From assembly GCA_964016885.1 (NCBI GenBank), contig OZ024742.1, positions 267,592,001-267,656,000 of the forward strand: a stretch of 64,000 nt of DNA, given 5' to 3'. Numbering within the stretch: position 1 is the first letter of the stretch; each line of letters begins with the position of its first letter. Positions 30,881 to 44,346 of the stretch are shown here, in pieces. Position numbers and translations under genes: made by a program. This DNA is from Eledone cirrhosa. Taxonomy: Eukaryota. Under the pieces are notes generated by a model. It ran no database searches and was not told the DNA's origin. It saw only the letters and a list, made by a program, of their open reading frames with translations.

Positions 30881-32366
30881 TATACTATAAAGCTGACGGC
30901 CGTATGTAGGTAACAATCTTTCCGCCAAACGGCTGGACCAAATAGCACCAAATTTGCACCATAGATGTAACTTTTTCCAAGTAAAACTGAATTTTCTTAA
31001 AAGTTTAAAGACGTTATTTAAGTATTCACGATAAAATAAAGTACCGGTAATGCACTGGGTAATCGCTGGCCTTGGGCCTAAAGTAGAAACAATTATTTAA
31101 ATATTCACTTTTTTAAAATTTCAAATGTCACCACTTCCGGTTATACGTCATTCCTCACTTTTCCTTATGACGTCGCACAACATTCCCCTCTTTTTCTAGT
31201 CTGTCTTTTTAGATAGATACATAGATATAACGTAGCGCCCTTATAATATGTATCTGTATGTCTGACTGTCTGCATTAGATAACGTTTTTCGAAATATTTA
31301 CTTCTTCGTTCACAGACGGATTCTTTTAGTTTTAGAAGATCCCGGTAAGGCTAAAAGCAACGATTTTTGCTGAAACATTAATCTGTTATTTTAATATATA
31401 TATTTGTGTACAGATATTTTTGCATACACAAAAACAAAAACCTATTTAATTCACGAAAGCACAGATGGCTTATCGTCATTGTTACTGTTCGCGGTTAGAG
31501 GACCACAGTCTTTCCAAGAACTGAGAACCATCAATGGCCATTAATGTTCCACTTACCGTTTGGCTTGCCAGATGCGTGGTATGTTACACGATGACAGCAA
31601 TTGGCACCTCACCCTGCAAGAAACAGCAACTGCTAAAGTCCCTCTCAGCTGCGAAAAGCTTTTGCTATTATGCTACACAACTGCGATCTCGCCGACCCCC
31701 TCGCACTGTAGAAGAACCACCGCGAAATTATAGCTGAGGACATCCTCCACCGCACTCACAGACACAATATAAACGTAACATACGATGTTGTTTTCAATGA
31801 GGCGCTCATTTGTCTTGAAAAGAGTGTCCTGGAGATTGGTGGTAGGCCTCTAAGGCACTACAGCTTATCTGCTCCTGACAGAGTGTCCAGATGTCAACGT
31901 CTACAGAGCTTCTCCGCGAGATCAGTGATTCTCCCATGGTCAATTGTATGTAGGATGCTCTAGGGTGAGCTCGCCAAACAATCTCTTCATCTTTGCTCCG
32001 GAGGGCCGAACAAAAAATAGTGTATACTCTGAGGCTCTAACAATGTAATTTAAATATTTTTTGTTACTTGGAATTTCCATTAAGGTTGTACAAATTATTG
32101 TTTGTTTGTTAAAAATGTGTTCTCTGTTCAGCCTTTATTGTTGTAACTATCAATTTTATTTAACGTACTGGCTGCTGAACTAGGGAATTCTAAAAACTAT
32201 TCAAACCCAACATCAGAGCACTTTAACACCCACCAGACGACCCACCCCACCCAACCTCGCAGATTTGAGAGGGCGTGCGGTACCTTTGCAGTGGAGTGGA
32301 GGGGGGATTCCTGAAAAGATAAAATGCCGGTCTACCTAGCCGGGCGCCAGCCGGACGCGTCAGCTA

Positions 32367-32367
<1 letters not shown>
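30881..32367 (+). mobile_element. Internally deleted Helitron with RepHel remnants
   Basis: ~31470-31760 reads LLLFAVRGPQSFQELRTING..ACQMRGMLHDDSNW..; ~31929-32048 reads FSHGQLYVGCSRV..TKNSVYSEAL (Pif1-type motif VI); GC-rich hairpin then CTAG at 32364-32367 followed by T. Confidence 0.88.
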
Positions 32368-32448
<81 letters not shown>

Positions 32449-33029
32449 TCTAGAAATTGATTGACATATAAATATATCTAAAATAAACATATGAAACAAT
32501 CACAGGGTTTAATTTGTAAAAGTGTGTAAGCACACATAGCTATGTATGTAACTAAATAATGTTTAACTAAAACTTCAAGATTAGATACCTTATAAATATA
32601 TATATATATATACTAAGAGGATAGGAGACAAATTTACACACTTAGTCGCTCTCTGTTACTGATTCAACAAAATGTTTCGGAGGCAGATGCGATCATAGTA
32701 ATCGGAATGCTTGCTAAATGTATATTTGTAACGAGGCAATAGCACCCAGAATAAGTCACTGACCCAATATGGGGTTCTGAAAATGCACATTGCATCAAGT
32801 GTTGCAAGGTGCAATCAGTTACCTGCAGAAGCAGGTTAAGTGCAATTACACCTTCCAGAAAATAGTGCATTTACTTCATCATCCGATGGTAAAAGCTGTT
32901 ATAAGATAGTTCTGACCGTTGTCCCACCATAGTGAAAAGTCACCGACTACTACAAGTTCCTAGATGCTGCTGTAGATAGTAACGTCACATGAGGAAGAAA
33001 TAACGAGCTGTGGCTTATCAAGCGACGGA

Positions 33030-33632
33030 ATATTTGAAATATGTTTATAATTCATATTTATAAATCACCACGATGTCAACAACAAGAACTAGAGGTATCA
33101 AGAACATCGAACAAAGTAGAAAATTACGAGAAATCTCCAACCAATATAAATTTACTACACCGGAAGGACTATAAGATTCCCTAAAAGTCTTTTTAAAAGA
33201 AGTATTAACGAGATTAAAAGCGAGATATCTTCAAAAATCAGTTCAATTATAATTAAATTACGGTGTCTGCGCCAGTATGGTGTGTTTTGTGAGACATTTA
33301 CAAGCTTATATTCATGATTATATGTATTTTTTCATTCATGAATATAATCATGAATATAAGCTTGTATACCTCTCACGAAACACACCATATGGGAGCAAAC
33401 ACCATAATTTAATTACATTTAAACTGACTAGTGAAGATGATGTTTCCATTTTAATCTAGTTGAAGCTTTATTTGCAAAAGATTTTAGGGAATCCTATTGT
33501 CCTTCTAGTGAGGTAAATCTCTTGGAAATTTTTCGTAATTTTGTACTTTCTTCCATGTTCTTCATACCTCTAGTTGTTATTTTTTTTATCGTTGTAATTG
33601 ATATATATGAGTTATAAACTCATGTGAAATAA
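33030..33632. mobile_element. ~600-bp imperfect palindrome (old fold-back/MITE)
   Basis: Centre ~33332; tacaagcttatattcatgattata / tataatcatgaatataagcttgta; aactagaggtat.aagaacat / atgttctt.atacctctagtt. Confidence 0.75.
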
Positions 33633-33970
33633 TGATATGCTAAAATAAACACTCAGGATGCCGATATTAAACCAATTCCTGAAATAAATTTGGGAAAAAT
33701 ACTAATATTGTTTCATTTTTAGTAGTCGACAAAGCCAGCCGTAGAATCGCTCGGTATGCAAATTAGGCTAATCGGTCGGTGTGTACTTCAGAGAAAACTA
33801 TATATTCTCAAGAGTTCTAGAGAGCGCCAGGAGAAAGATACACAAGCTAAACAATATTGTTGTTGATTGTTTCACTCTCACCGCTAGAACAAATGGATGG
33901 CGATGGTCAACTATAAAACATAGTGTCATGAGGCTATTTGCTTGCAATCGAATCTCGAATATTATTTTCA

Positions 33971-35140
33971 TCTATACATATATATAAAACTGTAGTTCTC
34001 TGTGTGTGTCCTCTCATTTTTGCAAAGTCTATACAAATCCACATTTCTACTCCGATTCACTTCAAACATGCATTTATATATTCCTTGCGGTCTAAAGATA
34101 TTAACTGCAACTTTTATTTTTCAATTTTCTGTTGTTAAAGTGGTGTTAGGCGCCGGTTATCCATCTCCGTCGCGCCCTTATAATATCTGTCTGTATGCCT
34201 GGCTGTCTGAATTACGACATTCTGACAAACATTGATGACGTATTATGTTCGCTATTTTCCGTTCATTGCCAGGGAACGTCTTCACGAACCAAAGTATCGT
34301 CTTCCTGTTTTCCTTCTGTTACAGCGTTTTTCGAAATATTTACTTCTGCGTTCACAGATTCATTTTTTCAGTTTCAGAAGATCCCGTTAAGGGTGAAAGC
34401 AGCGATTCTTTGCTTAAACTTTAATCTGTTATTTTAATATATAATATAAGCGGGGCAAGCCAGCCCAGTTGCACTTCTTGCCAATAAACATTAACCCTTT
34501 GTGCGCCATTCATCTAACTGTAGACCAACAAATACCAACTAAACGGAACGTTGACAAGAACGATGGCGAATGAATCTTCGAGGTAAGCAGTTTCTTCCCG
34601 AGCTGTTATTCACGCTGGATTCTCTGCTACACCTTTTCGTAATAATACCGAACAACGTACTGCTGGTCATTACTTCCTCCAAAAGCCATACAAAGCGGAC
34701 ATGTGCATCGGGCAGATGGATCGGGTGAAAATCTACACCAGACCTACGCGAGAAATTCGCAAGGAACTGCACCGAGAGGGATAGAGAGAAAGAGTAACTT
34801 AGTGGAAAGATTACGAATGAACTTTTGAGGTAAGTAGCCTACGCCTTACTTCTATGACACTGGAACCTTCTGCTAACTTAACCTGTGACTTTCTCTTTCA
34901 CATTTACTCCAAAAGGCCAAAACAAAGGAGTATGGAAAGAAGGAGCTCAACAATATTTCTATGAATAATGCACGTAGACAGCTAAACTTTAGTTTCAACT
35001 TCTTAATTTTATCCAAATAAAATAAGTTTCCTGTCGGTATATTTTCGTGAGTTTTTAACAGGCTCTCACAAATAAACATCTCTCATTGGAGGTGCTATTA
35101 CTAATGTTCTTACCCGTGCAACGCCGGGATACACTGCTAG
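33971..35140 (+). mobile_element. Complete non-autonomous Helitron
   Basis: A|TC start (tctatacatatatataaaactg), 3' hairpin cccgtgcaacgccggg and CTAG|T end; no TSD. Confidence 0.85.
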
Positions 35141-35501
35141 TTCTATATAAAACTGACGAATGCATATAAATATACACTATGTTAGAGCGAAAAACGAAAT
35201 TTTAATTTTGTTTCCTTTTAATTTTCGGCATGTCCAGCCATATAATCGCTTGGTATGCAAATTTGGCTAATCAGCCGATGTATACTTTAGAGAATACTAT
35301 GTATTACCATGAGTTCTAGTGAGCTACAGGAGCATGATACACAAACTTGACAAAAGGCAATATTATTATTGTCGATTATTTGTTCTGCCAACGCCAGAAC
35401 AAGAGGATTGCGATGGTCATCTATAAAACATAGCGTAATGAGGCTGTTTGCATGCAAACGAATAGGATATTATTATTACTCGATATAAATTTCACGTAAG
35501 C

Positions 35502-35566
<65 letters not shown>

Positions 35567-35650
35567 GGAGGTGAGTTTTATTGTAGTACAATAAAGCAAT
35601 GCAGATATCGGATAAGAAGCACTCTACAGTTTGTGGGACTGGAGTATGCA

Positions 35651-35894
35651 TAATATAAGATCAAAAGATGGTTAAAGGAGTTCCATATATTTTATTATGC
35701 GCATTTCAAAAACAAACATCATCATGCAATAATATTTGTGTTTTCATCAGATAAAACAGGAGAACATGATATGAAGGCTAAAAAACACTTGTGGATAGTG
35801 CAGTTTTAAATCAACATATCAATATGATATGTTGATTTGTTTTTGAAATGCGCATAATAAAATATATGGAACTCCTTTAACCATCTTTTGATCT

Positions 35895-35900
<6 letters not shown>
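35651..35900. mobile_element. Inverted solo pseudo-LTR pair of the 49468-51535 PLE family; HHR on the minus strand at 35689-35757
   Basis: 35651-35811 is the reverse complement of ~51377-51537; 35836-35900 is a plus copy of the 3' end; joined by the hairpin aaatcaacatatc-aatat-gatatgttgattt. Confidence 0.88.
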
Positions 35901-35989
<89 letters not shown>

Positions 35990-36732
35990 ATAAATATATA
36001 TACGAAGTAGGTAAAAGAGAGGGGCAGAAGTGTGTAATTTGCAGGGAATAGATAATTTGCATCTCTAGTCATTTCGACTTTAAACTATGAAATGAAGGTG
36101 AAGATGGAAACAACTAAGAATAGCAATACTTAAAGAAGCTAGTCTTACTGTCTTCAGTTTCAAATGTGTTGGGTAATGATAGATGCGCTGAAGCAAAGTG
36201 TAACTTTGTTTGCATCTCATTAACGCTGTTATAGCAAGTGATGGCGGCAGATAGAGTGGTGGGTGGTTGTTTCCATATTTACAGTGAGAAAATGTTTTAC
36301 ATAACTCAAATTTGTATGTGATTCCTATATAATGCAACCGTTACTATGGTTAAGAATCGATGAAATTCCATAAGAAAGATGTTGACTGTGAAAGCAGCAG
36401 TCGCGGTGATGGTGGTTACGTTGGTAGCTGTAGAGTTTATAGTTTTAATTAAATTAACATTGTTGGTATACTACCTTCAGGATAGATACTGCTAAAATTA
36501 TTCCATATTTGGTGTATTAATTTGAATAAATGATTTATCAAGGAAAGATATGTACGTGTGTATCTCGAATTTCAATTATTGTGTTCCTCAAAATATTTCC
36601 CCTCCTATACTTGAACCGATGTTTATAAATAAGCCTTGGATGTATTTGCTCTTTTTACTTGCTGATTGTACAAAGACATGGGGCTTTAAATCCTCTTGTA
36701 TAATAAGGTTGATAACTCAACTTTTAAACGTG

Positions 36733-36778
<46 letters not shown>

Positions 36779-37175
36779 TTATATAAGAATATCATTAAAA
36801 AAAAGATGCTGATTTACATAAATCATTTTATTCATTATAATTAGTTCAATGGTTTCCTTATGCAATCCAAGACGTAAGGTATGCATTTGTTGTTGCTATG
36901 GGAACGATATCTTTCGATTAAAATCCGATTGTATATGCAGCAGGAAAAAAACAAAAGCAAAAAAACATCTCCTTCTTCTTGTGTGTCCGGCAAACATCGA
37001 GCACACAAGTAGAAGGACACATTGAAATATTTATAAGGAATAAACGATTCATTTAATATCGGCATCTTTTAAAAATATTATTCTTATACTCAATTTCCAT
37101 CGTATCTGCATACTAGGAGTGTAGGGAGCTTTCTCCTGCGTACAACTGATTTTTTACCGAAAACATGTACTGAGC

Positions 37176-37235
<60 letters not shown>

Positions 37236-37238
<3 letters not shown>

Positions 37239-37675
37239 AACGAACGGTAATAGTAGTTATCGTTAGAATAGCTGGTTTACTTTATATATAAAAAGGTTTA
37301 CTGCACTTCACTTCATAAATTAACAAAGAACAAGTTATTAAGAGTTATAAACGGTTGAAGGTGTTTTTCATGTTGTTTCGTGATGCTGGTGTAGTCTGAG
37401 ACCAGGAGAAAGCGATTAAAGGTCTGTGGTTATCTATAGACCCCAGTGTCCTGTAGTCATAGGTGAATATTTTTCACATAGATATTCTCTGACGTACGCC
37501 TCCGATCTCTCTGTCCTAGAAGTGGGATGATACAGGCTTTTTATACATGTCGTTTTCTGTTTCCCGCCTCGAGGGATCGCCCACGCACGAACTTGTTGAC
37601 GCCGAAAAGGAGGTGACCCGGAATTTGCCCGTTCTGTGTCATCCAGGGTTCAATGCGTGGAAAGATTTTACTACA
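37236..37675 (-). mobile_element. Probable solo LTR
   Basis: TGTA...TACA termini, 440 bp; minus-strand TATAAAAA at ~37538-37546; no internal domains; TSD obscured by microsatellite. Confidence 0.55.
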
Positions 37676-37694
37676 TTATATATATATATATATA

Positions 37695-37934
37695 AGTAAT
37701 TGCAAAGACACCCTTCGGTCACGAATGACCATGGGATTAGCACCTAGAAAATTCACCTCCGTGGCGTAAGTCAGGGCAATGTTATTTGTGGAAAACCAGT
37801 AGTCGCCCATGCATACCAGTCTCCTCCTACCACGCCATCGTTGTTGTCTAAAAGAAAGCCAATAGCCGATGCAGCTTGGCACCATTGATTTCGCAACTCA
37901 TTTCTACAGCTGAGTAAACTGAAGCGACGTGAAA
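37695..37934 (-). mobile_element. SINE body/3' fragment
   Basis: Minus strand atttcacgtcgcttcagtttactcagctgtagaaatgag resembles a SINE central domain; the tRNA head is absent. Confidence 0.5.
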
Positions 37935-38188
37935 TATATATATATATATAAGATTATAGAATGAAGTTAAAATTTCACAATCATCCCCTATAATTTAATG
38001 AGCCCAAGGAATATATTCGGGGTTCTTTTTAAATCTGCATATGGAAAGAAGTACACATAGAGATATGTGTTCAATAATAGGGGACCCAAAACACCAGATT
38101 GAAGAACATATTAACTACGGAAGGAATGGTGAATATAAGTCAATTAAAAGAATATATTAAAGTGTACTAACCACCCAATTATAACTGT

Positions 38189-38273
38189 AACATCCGGACA
38201 TGCTCAGATTATAGTATGTTTCGCTATAAAAAGTGAATATACATATTGTAGTTGTAGGTCATCGGCGGATGCC
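38189..38273 (-). ncRNA. Degenerate hammerhead motif (U4C)
   Basis: Stem I ggcatccg/cggatgtt; CCGAUGA; weak stem II; GAAA; stem III cat.ct/ag.atg; GUC site. Confidence 0.55.
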
Positions 38274-40023
38274 TATTAATACGATTAACACTTCTAAATA
38301 TATAGTAAACTCGCAGCAGGACCCGGCGTTGCACACGGTATGAAACGTGAAATAGCAACACGCATATGCAAAGATTGAGGAATGTAGCTGTGTACTTTTT
38401 GAATTCCCTTATTCTCAGGGAATGATTGTGCATGTACTGGAAACGTAGAACACCAGCAAGCCGAATCCAGTAGTAGCAGTTTCAGTGTGATGATTGCGGA
38501 AATCCTGTATGCGAAAGGAGTAAGTAAGTGTTGTGGGGCGATGTATGTCGCAAGTCTTCACGAATTACGTCACGGATAGGGAACACACGTCAGTCTGAAG
38601 GAGGGATGTAGTCAATTTTGTGAAAACCAAGTAGGGATGTACGTTCAAGTAGGGATATTGAGATGATGAAATCAACGTGGCAACGCACCTGTAGCGGAAG
38701 GGGGTCATAGTGCAATTATCACAAACGCTGGGCGGCAGTGGTTGTACTGCGTTCACATTGCAACAAATGTGCGACAAAAGAGCTCACCGCAGAATTAACA
38801 CAACCGCTGTTCGGCATACATGCGGAGGGCGTTCATACTGCGGTGTAGGTGCAAGAAAAGGGGTCTTAGTAGAAGTAGCACAGACGTGAGTTTTACGGTG
38901 TCAATAACACGGCAGCGTACACAGGGCCCGGATTTGCGCGTGATGAAAGCACGAAATGTCAACAGGGCGCCGACAAAAGTTTTAAGCTCCTCCTCATTTC
39001 CTCAATCCCCCGAAAACGGTCCTGCTTAAAAGTAAGTGTTGTGTCCTCTGTTAAATAATCCAAATTTTTAACGAAATATTATACGCTACGTACGATGTTT
39101 AAGTAGCGTTTATATTGAAAATGAAAATGGCATGTAATGCCCAATGCTAATTCGTAAATTTCCTAGAAACCATTAATGGAATTGGAAATGTGTTTTGTCC
39201 GCAGCAATGTGATGGGGACTACCTAATGTGTGCTGCAAATTTCGAGGATTATCTTTAAGTTACGCCTCAAAAAAGCCTAACAATGCCTAAAAAACGCGGC
39301 TTTTCGCCTAAAAAGTTAAATTATTTTAGTCCATTGAACTTCAAGAAATTTAAGAAATATATGTGTAAAGTTTGAAAAATATCGGTAGGGTACTTCTCAA
39401 GGTTTAGGGATTTACACAGACAGACATCCTCTATTTTATATATAGCAGAAAACCACCATAAATGCGGTTTTCTGCTAGTCTATATATCTAAAACAGAGAA
39501 TGTCTGTCTGTCTGTCAGCTCACTAAAACTTGAGAACCATCCAACCGATTGTTTTCAAGCTTATGACATGTAATACTTATGGTCCTGTGAGTGTTTTGAG
39601 CAAAAATTATTTCAAATTTTCAATGCCCTAGGGACCGCATTAGGCGATTAAGCGTTCTCTCTATATAATTCTTAGTCTTTCTTTTTAGATAGATACATAG
39701 ATATAACGTTGCGACCTTATAATATCTGTCTGTATGTCTGGCTGTCTGCATTACGTCATTATGACGCGCTCAGCGCGATTCCCTCGGTCTCAGTGACCAA
39801 AGTCAGTGGAGAGGGGAAGGTAATGTTTCTATAGCACGTGTTTTAGCGTCTATTCACTCTCTCTCTCTTCCCTCCCGCTATCCCCCTCTCGTAGTCCGTC
39901 TCTTTCTTTCACTCTCACTCTCTCTCTACGCACGTGTTTCCACTGTCGGACAGACAGAGAAATTGCTGGTTATATATATAAGTAGACTAGCAGAAAACCA
40001 CCCACCGGGTGGTTTTCTGCTAG

Positions 40024-40245
40024 TATATATATATATTACACAAACAGAAATGTATATATATTTCTGTGTGTATATATATATATATTACACACACAGAAAT
40101 GTATATATATTTCTGTGTGCATATATATATATATATTACACACACAGAAATGTATATATATTTCTGTGTGTATATATATATATTTCTGTGTGTGTATATA
40201 TATATATATTACACACACACAGAAATGTATATATGTTTCTGTAGC
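40024..40245. repeat. Hairpin-unit minisatellite (~41 bp), also at 42345-42605 and 43165-43362
   Basis: Unit tatatatattacacacacagaaatgtatatatatttctgtgtg, with internal inverted repeat cacagaaat/atttctgtg. Confidence 0.85.
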
Positions 40246-42724
40246 ACTCCTCAATTCCCCCCTCTCCCTCCCGCTATCCCCCTCTTGTAGTCTGTCTCTT
40301 TCTTTCACTCTCACTCTCTATCTACGCGTGCGCAAAAAACATTCGCACGCGCGCACGTGTTTTAGCGTCTATTCACACTCCATCTCTCTCTCCCTCCCGC
40401 TATCCCCCTCTCGTAGTCTGTCTCTTTCTTTAACTCTCACTCTCTCTCTACGCGTGCGCAAAAAACATTCGCACGCACGCACGTGTTTCCACTGTTGGAC
40501 AGACAGAAAAATTGCTGGTTATATATTATAAGGAGATTACATATACATATGTAACTATGTATATCATCATCATCATCCCCATTATATATATATATATAAT
40601 ATGGGCCGAAGCCGAAAAAACTTTTGTTTGGCAGCTCTAATTACGCCTTAATTTTATTCAAAAAATTGTATACTAACATATTCGAATACCAGGCACTATT
40701 GGAATCAACAATAGCAGCGTCCTGAGGGTCATTACAAAACACAAATTCGCAAGAATTAGTGTTTAAATCTTGGAAGGTGGTAAAAAAAATCCACAAAATC
40801 TTCTATTCTTTAAAAAAAAAAATTTATTTTTAATAATATTTAAATAACTGGCGGTTAGAAAAAAATATTCCTATGAAATTTTAATCATACCATTAGGTGT
40901 GAATAAGGAAATATTTTTTTATTGTCAAAACAAATGTTCAAAAGTTAAACTTCAATTTTTTGAATTATTTCCAATTTTTTCATGAAATTGAACACTGGAC
41001 ATTGGCTGCTGGAAATGGAAATTAAATCGTATTTAATTGTATTTAAATTTCTAACCTTATTTTATTATTTATATTTTTTCAATAAGAAATTAAAAAAAAC
41101 AACAAAAAAAATTGAAGAAAAAAATTGAACAAATGAAACGTAGGTTATGGAATTGCGCAATCTGATTAATAAATTACCTCATCAGCAGCAACCTTCTTCA
41201 AATGGTCCTTATTATCAGCAGCAACAACCACAAATTCAATGGCAATCTTCTTCAAACCACATGGTGTAAAGTCAGAACCGCCTCGAACTGGTTACTTCTG
41301 GCTTGTGCAAGGTGTCTCTATAGCAATCAGCGATTCCTTCGGCCTCAGTGACCAAAGTCAGTGGAGAGGGGAAGGTAATGTTTCTATAGCACGTGTTTTA
41401 GCGTCTATTCACTCTCTCTCCCCCTCCCGTTATCCCCCTCTCGTAGTCCGTCTCTTTCTTTCACTCTCTCTCTACGCACGTGTTTCCACTGTCGGACAGA
41501 CAGACAGACAGAAAAATTGCTGGTTATATATATAAGTAGACTAGCAGAAAACCACCCGGTGGGCGTTTTTCTGCTAGCAAATCTAGTGTATATACTGATA
41601 TTGTTGAGATTTGGATGAAAAATGTTTTCGGCACCACATGTTCACCATCTCTTGGTGTGTCTTTTATGCATGTATAAATATATATGTTATCTATACGGTG
41701 AAATCTTTGAAATAAATATATGTTAAAACGAAAAAGGAGAAAAAGAGATTAGTGACGGAAATATAAACGTTATGATACATAAACGTTATGATATAACGAT
41801 GGAAATATATAAACGTTTACGATAAAACGATGGAAATAGAAACGTTTATATATAATGATAAGCCGAAACACTCGTAAGCCGAAACACTCGTAAGTCGAAA
41901 CACTCGTAAAGCGAAACGTATAAATAAAGATTAATGTAATGAATTTGAAAAGCATAGAGATTTGAAACCGCGTCTATTTGTTTCCTTGGCATTTTTTACA
42001 GACGGACAGACAGACAAACAAACAGAGAAATGCCCATTATATATTATAAGTAGATTCAATGGCAACCTTCTTCAAATGGTCCTTGGTATGGTGTCAAGTC
42101 AGAACCGCCTCGAACAGGTTACTTCTGGCTTGTGCAAGCTGCCTCTATAGCAACCAGCGATTCCCTCGGCCTCAGTGACCAAAGTCAGTGGGGAGGGGAA
42201 GGTAATGTTTCTATAGGGACAGTGTTTCTCTTGGTAGTAACAAAGTGGAGAAAGGAAGGGGAAGGTAATATTTCTGTAGCACCTACATTTGAGTTTAGGG
42301 AAGGACAGACAGACAGACAGACAGACAAACAGAGAAATGCCCATATATTACACACACAGAAATGTATATATATTTCTGTGTTTGTATATATATATATATT
42401 ACACACACAGAAATGTATATATATTTCTGTGTGTATATATATATATATTACACACACAGAAATGTATATATATTTCTGTGTGTATATATATATATTTCTG
42501 TGTGTGTGTATATATATATATATTACACACAGAGAAATGTATATATATTTCTGTGTGTGTATATATATATATATATTACACACACAGAAATGTATATATA
42601 TTTCTTAGAACAAAATTATTATTAATGTTTTGCTGTTCATAACAATTGGAATTGAAAAATTACTTTTGAAATTATTAGTTATTTTACTAATGCTTAGATA
42701 TGTAAAAATGAAGCAATGTTTCTA

Positions 42725-42915
42725 ATAATTATTTCTACTTTTGGCACAAGGCCAGCAATTACCCAGTACATTACTGGTACTTTATTTTATAGAGCCCGTG
42801 AGGATGAAAGGCAAAGTTAACCTCGGCGGTATTTGAACTCAGACCGTAAAGGGACGTAACTCCATGCTATGAAGCATGGTGTCCGACTCTCTGCAGATTC
42901 TGCCAATCCACCGCC
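42725..42915 (-). mobile_element. tRNA-derived SINE, same family as 15897-16288
   Basis: tttctacttttggcacaaggccagcaatt ... tgccaatccaccgcc; B-box gagttcaaatacc on the minus strand. Confidence 0.82.
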
Positions 42916-43624
42916 CTAATGTCTGTACGTAATGGGGGGGGGGAGTGAGAGGGGAGAGAAAGAAAGGCAGAGGTGAAGTGACGAAGTGACTCTCTCCTCC
43001 TCGTCCTCTTCCTCCATCTCCCCATTCGTCACAGCGATAGAGGGGCGGAATGTTAGTGTGTTACAAAGAGAAAGAGTGAGAGTGAGAGAAACAGACAGAC
43101 TAAATGAGAGAGATAGCTGGAGAGAGAGAGAGATAGCAACAGATACAGTACAGTAGCTAAGGGATGTATATATATTTCTGTGGTTATATATATATACATT
43201 TCTGTGTGTGTAATATATATATATATACACACAGAAATATATATACATTTCTGTGTGTGTAATATTTATATATCGATATATACACACACGGAAATATATA
43301 TATATTTCTGTGTGTGTATATATATATATATTACACACACACAGAAATGTGTATATGTTTCTGTAGCACTCCTCAATTCCCCCCTCTCTCCCTCCTGCTA
43401 TCCCCCTCTTGTAGTCTCTCTCTCTCTACGCGTGTGCAAAAACCATTCGCACACGCGCACGTGTTTCCACTGTCGGACAGACAGACAGAGAAATTGCTGG
43501 TTATATATTATAAGGAGATAAGTAAGAAAACAGGCATGGTATAGAGAAAAGACACGTGCGTTATATAGCCCATGGTGGAGCGAATAGGCCAAAAGAGCGC
43601 TAATATATATATATATATATACAA

Positions 43625-44123
43625 AATTTAAGTGAAAAAAATCTATGGGAGTATAAGCCAGACAGACCAAAACACATTTTAGTGTATCTCATTTATATAT
43701 GAATCTCCCTACCATGGTTTTATTAGTGGAAGAAGAAAGTTACGGAAAATACCAATATTTGAAGAGTTCTGATTTGTTGCGCTGTCAGACGTTCTGCTAT
43801 TTCTAATTGTATTATAATCCTGTCAAGTAGTCCTAATATCAATAGACATATTGCTCATGTAACGGTTCAATTACACAACGTGGATTTATACATCAGGCTG
43901 GATAGGCGACTGGTATGTAGATTTTCATGATAAATATGATCCCTAAATTGAAGAATACTACCTCGATGATTTCGTGAATTCTTCAAATATTGGTATTTTC
44001 CAATAGTTGCTTCTTCCACGAATAAAACCATGGTAGGGAGATAGATATATAAGTGAGATAGTCGGAAATTGTTTTTGGTTGCTCTGGTATATACTCCCAA
44101 ATAGTATTTTTTCAATTAAAATT
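43625..44123. mobile_element. MITE-like element with ~140-bp imperfect TIRs
   Basis: atctccctaccatggttttatt..ggaaaataccaatatttgaaga is the inverse of tcttcaaatattggtattttcc..aataaaaccatggtagggagat. Confidence 0.7.
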
Positions 44124-44206
44124 AATATGTAATATTGCTTCGTTATCTATATATTTTATCCAAACATTGAGATGTTTTAGTATTAGATACTAATTGAATA
44201 TTTAAT

Positions 44207-44346
<140 letters not shown>

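Larger units (their letters stand above)
38310..43520. mobile_element. Cluster of non-autonomous Helitron pieces in both orientations
   Basis: Minus element ~39445 to 38310 (3' hairpin ccgtgtgcaacgccggg, CGAG end); plus 5' end TC at 39479; repeated minus-strand 5' ends (tctacttatatatataaccagcaatttc..) at ~39986 and ~41540, with related ends at ~40535, ~42054 and ~43518. Confidence 0.7.
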
